Source of the DNA: Podarcis bocagei
Taxonomy: Eukaryota
Length of the DNA stretch: 64,000 nt
Direction: 5' to 3' (one strand)
NCBI GenBank assembly: GCA_964188305.1
Contig: OZ076886.1
In this document: positions 62,075-64,000 of the stretch, piece after piece
Numbering within the stretch: position 1 is the first letter of the stretch
Layout of the letters: the number at the start of each line of letters is the position of its first letter
Notes under the pieces: model-generated
What the model saw: the letters and a program-made list of their open reading frames with translations, nothing else
Databases searched by the model: none
What the model was told of the DNA's origin: nothing
Translations under genes and position numbers: made by a program

Positions 62075-64000
62075 CTGCGGAAAAAAGAACACATTGATCA
62101 CAATAGATACGATCACACAACGGATGTGTCTCAAGTACCCGTTACAACCTGAAAAGGATCTTGTTCCTTTTTTTGTTCTAAAGGCCCCATTTCACACTCC
62201 AGAAATGGTAAAGTGGTTTCCTAGTAGGATTTAGCAAGCAGCCCTAAAGGAAAGCCAAGTTATTCACCTGTACCCACTGATGCTGGCTTAACAGTTAAGC
62301 AGAAATTCTCTCAAAAGACTTGCATTTAACCAGATTTCCTTTTAGTGGCCCAGGTCAAGTTTTCAAACACTCTCTTTCCTGAAAACATGATGCTGAAGCC
62401 TTTTCCATCTCAGCTTAAACCATCAGGCATTTCAGACACCAGTAACTTTTGAAAACAGCAATGTCAAAAACTGCAGAGTGTCAGACAGCCCTAGTCCCAG
62501 ACTGAGCAACACTTCAGGCTGCCAGCTGGGTTCATGCTGGAAAAGCAATGTGGCAAACAGAAAGAGTGACTTAAAAAATTAAACCGTCAATTTAAGAGGT
62601 CCAAAGCATTTGCATTTTTGCCTACCATTTCAATCCTTCAGACTGAAGAATCTTAATGTAAATGGTCATCCTCAACAATGGCACAATGTTAAATACAACA
62701 GTTTCCAAACTGTAATTGTTTCTCATGCCTGTAAGGTCCATGAGGCTTCTTCAATCCGCTATTAAGCTTTGGGTTTGATTTCAAAATAAAGATGGACAGC
62801 AGTGATGTTTTCAGTGCTATGACTCTTACAAAGTCCAGCAGCATGTGGTATAAGCCATTAGGAAGAAATGGGTTGAACCCAGAATTGACAGCTGTTATTA
62901 CTCAATGAGGGCAGAACTGCCACTTTAAGAATTTATTTTAGTTCATGAAGATTTATGCCAATTTCCGTCACAAGCAAATTCAAATTCCCAGGAATGCTCA
63001 AAGAAGTCATGTAAGCTATCTAGAAAATTGCAAAGTTTGTTGGTTATAAACCTCCACTTTCATATACAACTGACCGGATGAAACAGTTCAAAATCTTATC
63101 AGCCAAGGCAGAGCCTAAAAGCAAAAAACAATAAAAGCAAAGAACAATAAAAACAAAGATTCTCGCAGCAATTTCAAAAATATGAAGTGCAGGTAAAATA
63201 TCAATGCCTGGGGCAAAGAGTTATGTTTAGGAATGGATTGCACCTCAAAATGGGAATGGGAAGCAGCTGTATAAATGGTGTTGACTTTCTCAGCAACTGT
63301 TTTTCAATTGTATGCTTGAGGAAGAATCACAACATATCTAAGGACTCCAGTGCTCAACTGACACCACAATATTATGTTAAGAATCTGCGGCCCATGACAA
63401 TGCAGTTAGAGAAGAAGGCAAACGGGACTTGGAAAAGGGGCTTTTAAATTGAAGGTTCCCTCATGAAAGAAGCAGGAACTCAGTTGTGGGGTGGACAGGT
63501 CAGGATGTCATCCAACACTTCCTTATAACTAATGCTGAAGACTTTGTTGCTGCTGGATCAATAGACGATACCACACCTTGTGCACTGTTAGCTTTCCCCA
63601 CCCCCAGATAGGACTGGCCTTGGTACCTTGAGCCAAGCGCACCAGAAAATTCCCCTCTCTTTACGATTCTCCTTACCTCTGCCTCATCACACCAAGTGAG
63701 AACTCACTACTCCTTCGCCAGCAACAGCTGCAAAACGGCTTTTAAAAAGGACTGAAATGGCAGAAGTAGTGCTGATTTTCTATTATTTCCTTCCAATGCA
63801 AGAGAACACTGTACAAGACTGAAGCAGGGATACTGGGTGGCTTGTGCCATTTCTGCCAGCTTTAATAGAAAACACTGTTGAATATTATAGCCCAAAAGAA
63901 GCATAGATTATGTTAGTCTCCAAACTCCAACATCAGCTGCAAGTCCACAAGCCTTACTATAGGCCCTGAGAAGAAGGGCAAACAGATAATGTACAACAGG

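Noticed and set aside
63670-63760. Strong minus-strand donor GAG|GTAAGG as an extra or alternative first WIZ exon
   Set aside because: No convincing acceptor, WIZ-like peptide or promoter signal visible; needs RNA data.
1-64000. tRNA, rRNA, snoRNA or miRNA genes
   Set aside because: None recognisable by eye; the hairpins seen are explained by MITEs. An Infernal/Rfam scan is needed to exclude them.

Overview
Vertebrate genomic DNA, very probably from a squamate. The Tc1/mariner MITE types suggest a lacertid lizard (inference). The window holds three intron-containing genes in head-to-tail order, all on the minus strand: complete AKAP8/AKAP95 (14 coding exons, 21372->4096, about 706 aa), complete AKAP8L/HA95 (13 coding exons found, 48668->27965, about 634 aa) and the last six coding exons plus 3' UTR of WIZ (62074->56208). 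This is the AKAP8-AKAP8L-WIZ order known from mammals. Exons were read by hand from splice sites, and all phases chain into open frames. Introns and intergenic DNA contain eight TA-flanked Tc1/mariner-type MITEs, two hAT elements with perfect 8-bp TSDs, CR1 and L2 LINE fragments, two short TSD-flanked retro-insertions and simple repeats. I found no evidence of a wholly new gene system. The best leads are: apparent absence of the PKA-RII anchoring helix in AKAP8, a YGD repeat expansion in its Tyr-rich region, a GC-AG intron after an AKAP8L micro-exon, MITEs carrying NRF1 and ETS motifs, a composite CpG-rich hAT element, and the cassette-like exon design of WIZ. Most ORFs in the supplied track are spurious.
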